Below are positions 42,568 to 57,300 of a stretch of 64,000 bases of DNA, one piece after another. The DNA is from Eledone cirrhosa. Taxonomy: Eukaryota. The translations under genes and the position numbers were made by a program. The notes under the pieces were generated by a model, which was not told the origin of the DNA, searched no databases, and worked only from the letters and a program-made list of their open reading frames with translations. The stretch lies in the NCBI GenBank assembly GCA_964016885.1, contig OZ024747.1, positions 80,910,001-80,974,000 on the forward strand, written 5' to 3'. Each line of letters starts with the position of its first letter. Position 1 is the stretch's first letter.

Positions 42568-42626
42568 GTTTGACATGCATTTCAGCCAATTTTTTTTATC
42601 GCACAATGACGTTTGGTATGAATAAA
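42568..42626 (+). other. Candidate terminal exon (GTT TGA, then 3' UTR with AATAAA)
   Basis: Strong acceptor ccttttactctttgcAG at 42567; AATAAA at 42621. Confidence 0.3.
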
Positions 42627-42982
42627 ATTATCAAAGAGAAAAAACTGCTGTTTAGAAATTGGATGTTACCTCACGTTTCTGCGTGAATGTGTTTAATCGT
42701 AGGAAAACAAAGAGAATTGGGATCCGTTTAGCAATTATAGGACAGTGTACTGCTTGCAGTCGAGAAGGATAACTACAAGGAATATGATAAGAGAAGAAAT
42801 GGGGTTAAAGTGTACCATGCGCATCAAGTTTATGCTCTTAATATTAAATGAAGCAAGGGCAGATATGAGGGATAACCATGACAGTCAGTTAAATGCATAC
42901 ATACATACATACTGACACACACACACATACATAAATACATACATACATACATACATACATACATACATACATACATAAATTC

Positions 42983-44840
42983 CTTGTCCTTTCTGCTCAA
43001 GAAATGTGATGGATACATCATTGGCTCACAGGAAGACAGAAATACGAACCTAACCCATAATTTCTTTGTGGACGATCTGAAACTCTATGCCAAGAACATG
43101 GATGTGATGAAGAAAAATCTTGACCTGGTTACAACTATTCTCAAAGGATATAGGAATGGAGTTTGGCTAAGATAAATGCTCATACATGACTGTAAAGCGG
43201 AGAAAAACAACAACCCAATCTAGCAACATTGTCATCAATGGCCTAACTGTTCCACCGATATCTGATGAGCACTGCTACAGATACCTGGGGATAGATGAGA
43301 ACATATCCTATAATGGTATCTGTAATAAAGAACGCGTAACCAGGTTAAGAAAGATCTGGTCATCGGAACTCTCTGCGCAAAACAAAATAGTTGCTCACAA
43401 TGTGTTTGCTGTGTCTATCCTAACACCAACCTTTGGAATACTCAATTGGACGATAGACGAAATCCGAGCAGTTGATGTTGGAACTCGAAAAATACTGAAC
43501 AACACCGGAAACTTCCACATTAACAGTGACATAGACCGCCTTTACTTGAAACGTAAGCAGGGAGGCAGAGGCCTAACATCAGTCCAGACAACATTTGAAT
43601 GTCGCATCATATCTCTCCGACATCTACGAACCTCGAAGCGTAGGAGCCCGTTTCTCGAGCAAGTCTATCTGCATGAAACAGATAAGATCATGAGAGTTGG
43701 GAAGGAACTCCTCGAGAGATATTCCCTGTGTGATAATCACAAACTCACACCCAGGGATGTCACTCAGCAGTATCGCAGTGAATCCATGGATGAAAAACTG
43801 CATGCCTATCAGCAAAAAATCATGCATGGATATGTTGCCAGGAAGCTCCAGAGTGAGAGTAATATAGATAAGGAAAGTAGCCTATCTTGGACCAACAACC
43901 GCTATATTGGCTCCCACTTTGAAGGATACGCTTTTGCAATCCAGGAACAGGAGATTAACACGAAATATCTGATTCACAAAAGTGATAGGGATGCAGGCAA
44001 AACACCTAGATGTGATAACAAGTGCAGACTCTGCAGAACTAACATCGAGGATATCACCCGTGTCATCAGCAACTGTCCAAAGATGTCATCGTGGTACTAT
44101 CTACCTGTGAGGAATGATGTAGTGGCCAAAACACTGTACAATGCAGTTCGTAAAAAAGATAGTCCCGATAATAAACACATTAAAAGCTACAGCAATGTGG
44201 AAGACATCCATGTACATAATATGAAAGAGTACTGGGGGAATGTTCCAGTATAAACCCCAATAAAATGCAGGCATAAAAGACCAGATATTAGGATATGGGA
44301 CAGGGAGAAGAAAGGATGCACAGTAGTGGAAATTAGCTGCCCAGCAGATGCCAATATAATATCAAAGATTAGTGAAAAGGAGAACATTTATGCAGAACTG
44401 ATGAGAAATCTGCAGATACTCCACCCTGATTACACCTTCAGATTTATGCCTGTGATTATTGGGGCACTGGGGTATGTTAGTAACTGCCTCAATACAAATC
44501 TTGAGAAGCTAGGCTTCACAGGAACAGAAAGAACACAACTAGTTAGGAAATTACAAGTACAATCCATTAATGGAACAGTAAAAATATGTAAAACATTCCA
44601 AAAATGTTGCATCTAATAACTGCATATACACATGTACAGATGCAAAGCATATACACATGCACACATACAACTCAAAACATACACATCCACACATACAATA
44701 ACATCCATATCTACACATACATGCATACATACATATCTACCTAGTTGATGTGTAAATTCCAATGAGAGAGTCTTGTGTCTATGTTAGAAACCGACTCTCT
44801 CTCTATTGGTAAAACTTTGTGAAATTATAAAACCAGAAGA
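42983..44840 (+). mobile_element. R4/Dong-like LINE family C, 5'-truncated, inserted in (CATA)n
   Basis: FFVDDLKLYA, YRYLG, RLYLKRKQGGRGL, CRLC..C, RPDI..EISCP..EKENIY, IGALG; acatactgacacac duplicated at 42907 and 44841. Confidence 0.9.
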
Positions 44841-44995
44841 ACATACTGACACACTCACATATACATACATACATACACACATACACACATACATACATAC
44901 TCACACACACTCACACACATACATACATACATATTCACACACACATATACATACATAAATACATATATACATATAAATACATGAAACATCATTTT

Positions 44996-45767
44996 AAAAG
45001 GTATCTATATTTGAAGTTCTAGTCAAACTTTAATTAATTACCTATCTAGCTATGTGTGTCTACATTCTTTACAAATTATTCCCTGTGATTGTTTCATGTA
45101 TTTATTTTATATATATGTCAATCTATTTCTAGTTGATATGTAATGCTCGGATCTAATCTTTGAGCTTATTCTACGGTGGATATGGCGCATGTCTCTCAGA
45201 CATGACAACCCTTAATTTTAATTTTGGATATATATACGGCCACTTGATTGTTGAGCTAATTCAGTTGAATAGGCTCGGCTACTATTTCTGGCTGTCGATG
45301 GTCCTATTCATGCCACTGGGATGACGTTGTTCAACGAGTGTATTTTTTTTAAAAATACAACACGTGGTTCAAATCATTCACAGATTTGCATTTGCTTTGT
45401 AAACACAGATGGTTATTTTTCTTCTCCTTTGGTGAACATCCAAGAATTTAACTGCTGTGATTTACGGATTAATAGGTGAAATATATTTCTTACTTAAAGA
45501 AATATATACAAAGGGGATTAATCATTGTAAAAGGTATCTATATTTGAAGTTCTAGTCAAATTTTAATTAATTACCTACCTAGCTATGTGTGCCTACATTC
45601 TTTACAAATTATTCCCTGTGATTGTTTCATGTATTTATTATATATATATGTCAATCTATTTCTAGTTGATATGTAATACGCGGATCTATTCTTTGAGCTT
45701 ATTCTACGGTGGATATGGCGCATGTCTCTCAGACATGACAACCCTTAATTTTAATTTTGGATATATA
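44996..45767 (+). repeat. ~240-bp near-identical direct repeats (44996-45236 and 45529-45767)
   Basis: Both run aaaaggtatctatatttgaagttctag ... aattttggatatata. Confidence 0.9.
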
Positions 45768-46136
45768 CATACATATATACATACATATAAATATATATAC
45801 CTACGCTTTTATTATGAAGAAATTTCATGCATAAATGTGCAGGTGATTGGTAGGTACAAGCAGATTGGTTGTGGGGTTTAAATACGATATAAGAGTTTCC
45901 TTGTTTTGCAGCAGAAATATTTAATTAGAGTAAAAAAGAAATGATCTAGAATTTTTTGATTAGATTTACCTGAAAATAGCTTAGCGTCCACTTAATGATA
46001 AGATAAATGTATCCCTGATTGTCTTAATATTCTAGAAATTGAAGCAAAAAACTGCATGCTACAATTCCCCTTATTTGGGACAGGATTAAGTCAGCTTAAT
46101 GTAATCTACAATTTCATATACTGATTAATGAATTAT

Positions 46137-46416
<280 letters not shown>

Positions 46417-47324
46417 TATGTGTGTGTGTGTATGTGTGTGTGTGAATGTGTATGTGTAAATAGTTTGTGTTCGCGTGCTTATACATACATACATAAACCG
46501 CATAACATAGCCCACTCTATCACTATTTCATATCGATCTGTTTAATGAAATCCTCAGATGTTGTTAGCGTTTGCAATAGGAAGCCACGTTGAGGCATGTA
46601 ATCCTATTGTCCAATCGCTTCATCCTAATTTATATCATCTGTTTTATGAATTACTTTATCGATATCAAAACTATATAACACATAACATCAAACCACACAT
46701 GTTGGCTTTACTTTATCGTCTGTTTTAATGAAATTCTCAGATGTGCTCAGCATTTAGGATTACAAACCACGTGCTGGAACATAATATAGTCAGCCATTGC
46801 GTCTCACACAAAGACGGCACATAAGCTTCATAGAAATAAACTAGCACATAAGCTTGGCGTAAATATAAATGAAGTCCTCATCCGGGTAATGGAAGAACTC
46901 TAATTACTACCGAAATGTTGATGTCACACAAGACCATTTCTCTCCCAAACGCTATAAATATTGATCAAACTAAAGACAAAGACGACAATAATTTGATTAT
47001 CTTTCTTCAATGTATTAAGCAATGAACATAATTAGTTTTCTGATTGCCATATCTGTCTCTGCATATGAGTTCATATAATTTAGTATATACTGCGTATCTA
47101 TATATATGTATTTGGATACACAGCAGACAGATATGCATGCACATATATAGGAGTATACATTTATAATCAAATATACATCCGTGTAATGACTGTGTGCATT
47201 TACATGACATATATTTCTTTATATGTATGTGTATATGTATATTACCATGCAGAATTACACGAAAACGCATATATATATATATAAATATATATACATATAT
47301 ATATATACATATACAAACACACAC

Positions 47325-47452
<128 letters not shown>

Positions 47453-47460
47453 ATATATAT

Positions 47461-47723
47461 ATATATATGAATGTATATACAGTGTATTTTGCAATACACT
47501 GTATGCTTAATTAGAAGCATGTTGAAGACCTTACGCTATTGTTTTAGAGCAGTGACAATGTCACTTCTTTTTTTTTGTTGAAAAAAGAAGTAAGTGACAT
47601 TGTCACTTCTTTAAAACAATAGCGTAAGGTCTTCAACATGCTTCTAATTAAGCATACAGTGTATTGCAAAATACACTAAATATACATTCATATATATATC
47701 GGTATTTCAGAGCACCGATTCTA

Positions 47724-47724
<1 letters not shown>
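47461..47724 (+). mobile_element. Fold-back element in (TA)n, ~115-bp arms, no recognisable hammerhead
   Basis: 47461-47575 is the reverse complement of 47580-47699; short hairpin tail atcggt..accgat. Confidence 0.75.
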
Positions 47725-47755
<31 letters not shown>

Positions 47756-47768
47756 ATATATATATGTA

Positions 47769-48882
<1,114 letters not shown>

Positions 48883-49192
48883 TATATAATATGTATATAT
48901 ATATATATATATACTAGCATAGTATCCACGAAGAAGGATGGGCTTATAGTACATAATATGTAAATTAACATTATTTGGTTACACAATTTTAACCCTCAAT
49001 TTTCCTTGATATTTCCTTGAGAGTATCTCTCGTGACAGAAAATATATCTGTTAGTACACAAATTTAAACATCTCTTTCTTTGGTTTTAAGGATGGCGAAA
49101 CGAAATCTAAAAAGGATGACGACGAAGGTGAGAATATTTTATGACAATACATATCATCATTATCACCTCCAATGTCTATCTTTGCCTGCATG

Positions 49193-49239
<47 letters not shown>

Positions 49240-49241
<2 letters not shown>

Positions 49242-49952
49242 AATAAAATAGAGTTACTAACTCATATTGATACCCTGCAATTAACAAGCTCAAAGTATAA
49301 ATACTGAGCATCATATAATAATATATGTAGAAATAAACACAGAGAATTCTGTTTCTAAAATTACGAGTGTAGAGAATATCACATTTGTTTTATATATTTA
49401 AACTTAATCATACGTAAGATATGAAAAAAATGTTCATAAGTTATAAACATTTTTTCATATACAGACCGTATCAATAACTATTTCATCTCTCGGACAGATT
49501 AGAGATTTAATCTGTTTCGCCCTGAAAATTATGTTTGTAACAGATAATCCGTAGGCTTTCGTCAACGAGAGAAAAGATCAAATGAAACAAAACACATGTA
49601 ACTACAATTAACAAGAAAGAACAACAGACCTCGTTTGTTGGGCGTTATACGTGGTGTGAGTGGAAATGCTAGAAATAATAGCCTTATTACACTCAACTAA
49701 TAAGCTCACCTAGTTAGGGAGCCGAAATATAAATAAAATACAGAGTTACTAATTCATATTGATACCCTGCAATTAACAAGCTCAAAGTATAAATACTGAG
49801 CATTATATAAAAAAAAATGTTTATATCTTATGAAAAAATTGTTTATATCTTACGTATGATTCAGATTAAATATATAAAACAAATGTGGTATTCTCTACCC
49901 TCGTAATTTTAGACAGAGAATTCTCTGTGTTTATTTCTACATATATTATTAT

Positions 49953-49955
<3 letters not shown>
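49240..49955 (-). mobile_element. Rearranged (TA)n element: direct plus inverted duplications around a spacer carrying a hammerhead (49487-49571, minus)
   Basis: 49241-49318 repeats at 49731-49810; 49318-49455 is inverted at 49812-49950; cucucg UUGACGA..GAAA cagauua..uaaucug UC cgagag. Confidence 0.75.
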
Positions 49956-49991
<36 letters not shown>

Positions 49992-50171
49992 GCAGTCGCA
50001 TATGCATGCATACATACACACATACATGCATACATACATACATACATACATACATACATACATACATACATACATACATACATACATACATACATACATG
50101 ATGGCTGCCCCCTCGTTATCGAGTTGGGCCACGTAAAAGAAAACATAATAATAACAATAACGACAATTGTA

Positions 50172-50271
50172 ATATGTTTCTACTTTTGGCACAAGGCCAG
50201 CAATTACCCAGTGCATTACTGGTACTTTATTTTATCGACCCTGTAAGGATGAAAGGCAAAGTTAACCTCGA
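50172..50271 (-). mobile_element. 5'-truncated Meta-like SINE
   Basis: Same tail and central block as the full copies. Confidence 0.8.
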
Positions 50272-50277
50272 ATAATA

Positions 50278-50330
<53 letters not shown>

Positions 50331-50334
<4 letters not shown>

Positions 50335-51566
50335 CATCACCCTAAGGCAGATATAGATAGAATGCATCACCCTAAGGCAGATATCTCCCTAGGAAAGAAG
50401 GAGGACGTGGGTTAATTCAGTTAGACATTGCGTTGAAAACTGCAACAATAGGATTATCGACATATCTAAGGGAATCACATGATTGGATGATCAAACTCGT
50501 TTTGAAACACGAAAGCATCAAAAGATCATATTCCATTACAAAAGATGCACAAAGATACAGTAATGGACTACAAATTTCAGAAGTCCCATTTACTGCTGAA
50601 ATGGAAAACACAGAAAAAGCAAAGCAGGTAAAAGTAACTGCAAAGAAAGAACTGCTACAGAAACTGGCTAAGAAATGGCAAGAAAAGCCTCTGTATGGAA
50701 AATACCCAGAAAGAGCTAACAATCCTGATGTTGACAAAACTTTAACCCATCAGTGGTTGGCATCCTCTGGACTGAAATCGGAGACTGAAGGACTGATTAT
50801 ATCAGCACAAGATCAGTGTCTGCCAACAAAAAATTACCAAGCCAACATAATAAAAAATGGATGCAGCCCATTATGCCGTGTATGCAAAAAACAACCAGAG
50901 ACCATTGACCATATAATTTCAATGTGCAATCCTATAGCTCCAACCGAATACCTAAACAGGCATGACAGAGCTGCACAATACATACATTAGATAATGTGTA
51001 AGCATTTTGACCTGCCCCATCAAAAGAATTGGTGGGAGCATCAACCACCTCCCATACTTGAAAAAGATATCATCTCAATCTTGTGGAACTTTAGCATCCA
51101 AACAGACCGAAAAATAGATGATATTGAAGGACTTTAAAAAGAGGGTATGCCTGCTAATTGATATGTCCGTTCCAATAGACAAGAATGTATCTATAAAAAC
51201 ATTTGAAAAATTGAGCAAGTATAAGGACCTGGAGATAGAAATTGGAAAAATGTGGAAATTGAGAACTAAAACAATACCAGTGGTTGTAGGCGCTCTGGGA
51301 ATGATACCTAAGGGGTCTAATGATTACTTATCGCAAATCCCAGGAAACCCGCGTATAGGAGAAATACAAAAGATAGTACTAATGGGAACTGCCCATATAC
51401 TAAGGAAGATTCTGTCAATATAAGTACATCACAAGTCTAAACACTAAAGATGCATGTGTGAGTATGTATGTTCTTCCTTGAACATGGCGGACCTTGTTGT
51501 CTCTTGAGGTCACTGGTTGTGACTTGGTGATAACTCGTATGAACATAAAGCAAGATAAATGCAACT

Positions 51567-51604
<38 letters not shown>
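50331..51604 (+). mobile_element. R4/Dong-like LINE family B, 5'-truncated, (AAT)n on both sides
   Basis: Near-identical to 56980-58165; LKSETEGLIISAQDQ, CRVC..H..C, RHD, EKLSKY, VVVGALG. Confidence 0.92.
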
Positions 51605-51606
<2 letters not shown>

Positions 51607-53755
51607 TTTCTTTATTGGCCACAAGGGCTGACATCAAGAAAAACATTACAGACGGTACAAGACGGTACGATGTGGGGTTTGTGCGTGTAAATATTTTTAT
51701 TATTTATATAAGAAAAGAGAAAAAAAAAGGATATAGAAACATATATATATATAAACAATAAAAATAAAAATTGAAACAATGAAAAATTCCCCAATAGAGG
51801 GGAAACCTCCGAGGGTTACTCGTGGCAAAAACCACACAAAAGAACACGGCCACCCTGACCACCAGGGCAAGCGCCCTCTCTCAATTTTTCCACAAAAAGC
51901 GGAAGAGGAGGCGCTCCATTTTGGTGAGAGTTGGGACGGGGCAAGGGACGACGGTGAGGCGGTAGCAGACGACGGATACGATGTACGCATTCGCCACCTC
52001 CGCCCGCCTTTCAGGGACAGCTTCCTCTCGGCCAATTTCTGGGTGAGGGAGGCCACCTTGGTCGTCACCTCGTTCCAATTTTTCTCCATCTGGAGGTCCG
52101 GTCCGAACCAGACCCCGAGCAATTTAACCGGTCCGTCCGTCCAACGCCCCACGACGCTGTTGGACGGCAAGGACTTGCATCTCCAGGTGCCGAGCTGCAA
52201 GCGCACCGACTTTTCCTGTTTTATCTTTGCTCCTGTCACCGCTTCGTATTCCTTGAGAGCGGTGCCGAGCATCTGGACGTATTTGGTGCTCGACAGGACC
52301 ACGGTGACATCGTCGGCGTAAGCCAACTCGGATGTCCCGCATCCTAGTTCGCACGGGACGCCCCTCATCGCCCCCAGTTTGTGCAGTAACGGCTCGAGAG
52401 CCAATACGTACAAGAGGGACGAGAGGGGACAACCCTAGCGGACTGAGCGCATGATGCTGAACGGCTGCGACAGGTGACCGTTCACCCTCACAACTGAGCA
52501 GATGTCGCTGTACAACGGGCCCGAAACCGGTCGACCCTATCCAATGCTTTGGATTGATCCAAGTTGATCAGGGCCCCACCCGTGATAGGTTCCTTAACCA
52601 CCCTCTCTATGATGTATCGCATGAGGTGGAAGTTGTCGTGTATGGATCTGTCCGGAATGATGCATGTCTGCGCCTCTCCCACTTGACTCTTGACAACAAG
52701 CGCCAACCTCGTTGCTAACACCTTGGCCAAAATCTTGAACTCTGCGTTTAGCAGGGTTAAGGGCCTGAAGTTATCGATAACATCCCCCTCGTTCGGGTCT
52801 TTTCTCAGCAGCGCACCGCTCGCCGGCTCACAAAACTGGGAATGCTCCCGTTCTGCTGCCAGTTGTAGTAGACGTCTGCCACAAGAGGTCACCGAACAAG
52901 TCTGGCATAAATGCATAAAGCTCGTAGGGCAGACCATCCAAACCTGGCGATTTACCCCTCGTGCAGTTAGCCGTCGCTTCCCGTATTTCACCGGCTGTTA
53001 TTGGCTTTTCGCAACACTGTGCTGCGGTCGTCGAGAGCCGAGGCAGTCCGTCGAGGTATGCACTGAAGTTCATGCCCTGATCCGGGCTGCCGCTGCTCCC
53101 GAAAAGTTCAGAAAAGTGCTGCTGAAAAGCTTCACACATCTGCTCAGGTTCGAGCAACATGCACCCGCTTTGGTCAGACCGAATTGTGGCTTTGTTGCCA
53201 CGTCGCGCCTCTGCCACCCGGGCCCATTGGACGGCTTTTGTCCCCTCGTGTTTCAGAGTACGCGCTCTAGCTCAGCCAACGTAGCCTTCGTGTTTTGCGT
53301 TGAAGAATTGGTCGAGTACCAATCTCGCCGCAAGCACGTCGGTTGCGATGCCTGTCCTAAACGCCTCATCTAGCTTTCTGACTAGCTCTCCCTCTACTCT
53401 ATTTTCCTCTATCACTAGTCCTTTGCTAAACCTAATCGACTCTACTTTAATTGCCCTTTTCAGGGCGAACCAGCACCTGTTGTTGACGACCGCTCCCGTC
53501 AACGCCCGCTTAACTAATACGCTAATCCGGTCTCTGTAGGCTTTGCGCGCCGGGAAAGACGCGTTCAGCTTCCAGTAACCGGGACCTTGTCTATGAAGTC
53601 TGTCTATGTTGATCTCACAGATCACAAATTTGTGGTCTGTGTAGTCAACTATTTTAAATTGTGGACCAACTTATACTAGCCTTATCTAGTTCTCTGCAGA
53701 ATACCCTATCGAGATACAATCTGGATGACTCGATGCGGTTTGTCCATGTCCACTC
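51605..53755 (-). mobile_element. Tx1/L1-like LINE subfamily A (APE C-terminus to RT, internally deleted, 3' UTR)
   Basis: GPGYWKLNAS, GKSPGLDGLP, NFRPLTLLNAEFKILAK, LDQSKALDRV, AYADD; near-identical to the 23973-26025 copy. Confidence 0.9.
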
Positions 53756-54304
53756 AAATATTAAGGAAATAATTCAAATATTAAGAAAATATGTCAACAC
53801 ATATATTAAACATACGCGACAAACCGCATAGATACAAAGATCAAACAAACGCATACTACTACAGTCTATTCAACAAAACTCAGTAACGACAACGCCATCA
53901 CTATAGTCACCGCCGCCACCACTCCATCATTGCTACCACTATCCCATCACCGCCGCCACCACTCCTTCATTGCTACCACCACTATTACCCCACTACCTTC
54001 TGTTAACTTAAGAAAGGGGAAGGTGGCGGTATCACTAGACAAGGGAGAGGCTAGCAAAAGATATATATATAGACTGACTTAGTGACCCGGTCAAACGTCA
54101 ACGACTATGGCACTGCTGGCTCCCCCCTTCCCCACCAACAATAGAACCCAGCACGACCACCGACATAGCCAACAACAATAACAGGCAACTTCAACAAAAA
54201 GTATATTATATTATTAATAATAATTTCATTCTTAAGCCACGCAATGCTCACATTAAGGAACCACTCATGATAATAACAATTTAAAAAACAACAAAAAAGA
54301 AAAC

Positions 54305-57300
54305 CCCGTGACCAAGAAATACCGGGATGGCGGCCGCGGGGAATAGCCGTGTCTCTAGGGGAGGACGACCCCTCTAGTCTTGGTTGACACTCGTCCTAGA
54401 AGTGGTAACACGAAATGATTACCCCTTGGCGGTTAAGGATAAAACGCGACAAAATAAAGTAAATGTCAAATGATAAAATCTCATACCGGATCAGCCCTCA
54501 CTCGGGTCAAAAAGGGCCGCGTCCCTCAGAGAGGAACCAGACTGGGGTCGAAAAATCAGCTAATGGTTCAAACCTTCCCATCACTTCGGAGCTGGAGACC
54601 TCCCATAACCGGAATACTCCTACTGTTGGCCCTCCATGCTCACCACCAATAAATCCAAAGAAAAAGAGAGAAAAATGATCAAGGGAAGATAATAAAGAAG
54701 TCTTTGAGGCTTTCTACACTGCCATGTACTACCCATCAAATAGATCGAATACAGAACAGACATATATCAACTGGAAAAAGAAACATCCCGAAAACAGGGG
54801 CTACATTGACAGTAACAAACTAGCCAATATACGAAGAAATATTGTTAAAAAATGTTACTAACTGATATAGAAATTGATCAGATCAAGCTATTAGCACAAA
54901 GTCAGCGAAGGGAAAATGAAACATGTGTCAGTGAAAACGAGATCCCAGGGTTGGGGCGGAATCACTGACAACAGAACAAATTAAAGAAAGGATCGAAAAA
55001 GTGGAGGGAGTGCATGCTCAAGATAAAACTCAAAATGAAAACAATGAGATCGTAAATGATAAAGAAATGAATGAGAATGAACTTGCCAACTTGAAGGATG
55101 AAATTATGATCGAATGGATGAAAATGAAAGAATCTGACATGGGGGAACGAGAAACTCTCCCTAAGATCCAGAACTCCAAACAGAACTAAAAGATAATACA
55201 CAAGACTAACATAATTCTCAAAAACATTATCATCACAAACAAACTAAACATTACTGATTTAAATCATCTCTATTATGCATCGGCTAAAGTCACCACTCAC
55301 ATATGTGGAGTGAAAATGAAAAAACAAAGGAATTCCCACAAGAAATCTACTTGGCAAGAGAACATCAATCGCCAAATAAACCTTCTCCGATCTGACATAG
55401 AAATTTTAACAAACTACAAAGTAGGTGAACATGTTAAACAAACTAAACTTAGAAAATTGAAAAGAAAATACAGTATAAAATCAACAAGTGACATAGACAT
55501 GCTGATAGAAATAATCAAGCAAAAAGTGTCGACCAAAGCTGCTCGTATAAGGCGCTTTGAAAAACGATCTAGATTCTATAAGGACAATAATATGTTCAAA
55601 AACAACCAAAGAAACTTCTACAGAAAAATTGGCAAGTCAACAATAACTGCTAAATCAATACCACCCAAGGAGGAAGTGCAAGAATTCTGGGAAAAGATCT
55701 CGGCCGAAGAAAAAGTTCATAATATACATGCTCCATGGATAGACAGACAAATGAAAGATACAGCTCACCTTGAGGAACAAATATGGGAAAATATAACAGT
55801 TGAACAGTTGCGTTTGGCTCCTAGAAAAACCAGCAAATGGAAATCCCCAGGAAAAGACAAAATACCAAATTTTTGGATAAATGCCTTCACAGAGTCTCAT
55901 GAGCTGTTAGCCCAACTTTACAATGAAATAGTTAAGGAGCCAGAAAAGATGCCACCATGTCTAGTTAACGGCATTACAGTCTTGCTTCCGAAGAATGATG
56001 AGACAAACAATCCCAAAAATTCCAGACCGATAATTTGCTTCACCACAATGTATAACATTTTAACATCAGTCCTAACTGAATATACATATGACCACCTGAT
56101 AACAAATGATCTATTTCCCAATAAGCAGAAAGGATGTAAACGAGGCTCATATGACTGTAAGGATCAGCTTTTGGTTAACAAAATGATACTGGAAGATTGT
56201 CATAATAGACACAAAAATCTATCAATTACTTGGATAGATTATAAACAAGCATTTGATAGTTTGCCACACAGTTGGATTGAAAAGTGTTTAGAGATTTTCA
56301 AAATATCTCCCGTTGTCAGGTGGTTCCTGTCATTCAGTATGAAGACACAGAAAACGACACTTCTTTTGAATAGTGAAACAAAATCACTGGAAGCTGGAGA
56401 AGTTAATATTAATTGTGGAATTTTTCAGGGTGACTCTTTATCACCGCTTTTATTCTGCATCGCACTTATACCATTAAGTAAAGTGCTCAATGAAACAAAA
56501 TATGGATATAAAGTCTATGACAAAACCATAATCACCTGTTCTACATGGATGACTATTTGCAAAAAATGATGAACAATTGCAACTGTGGAGCAGTTCAGTG
56601 ATGACATTAAAATGGAGTTTGGACTGGATAAATGCGCCAAAGCAACGTTCACCAGAGGAAAGCTGCTAAAAAGTTCAGACATTAATCTTGATCGGGGGAA
56701 CGTCATAAGAGAACTTTATCAAGAGGAAACTTACAAATATCTAGGTGTTTCTGAAGGAGACGGAATCAAGCACTCGACAATTAGGGAAAGCATAAGGAAG
56801 GAATGTTACCGCAGAGTAAGAGCAATCTTAAGAACGAAATTGAATGCAAGGAATAGGATCGATGCCATAAACACGCTTGCCATACCAGTAGTAACCTACG
56901 GTTACAATGTCATCAACTGGTCAAGCACAGAGATCCGTAGGCTCGATACAAAAATTAAAAAATTCTTAACCATGCACAGAATGCATCACCCTAAGGCAGA
57001 TACAGATAGAATATATCTCCCTAGGAAAGAAGGAGGACGTGGGTTAATCCAGTTAGATATTGCGTTGAAAACTGCAACAATTGGATTATCTACATATCTA
57101 AGGGAATCACATGATTGGATGATCAAACTCGTTTTGAAACACGAAAGCATCAAAAGATCATACTCCATTACAAAAGATGCACAAAGATACAGTAATGGAC
57201 TATAAATTTCAGAAGTCCCATTTACTGCTGAAATGGAAAACAAAGCAAAAGCAAAGCGGGCAAAGAAAGAACTGCTACAGAAACTCGCTAAGAAATAGCA

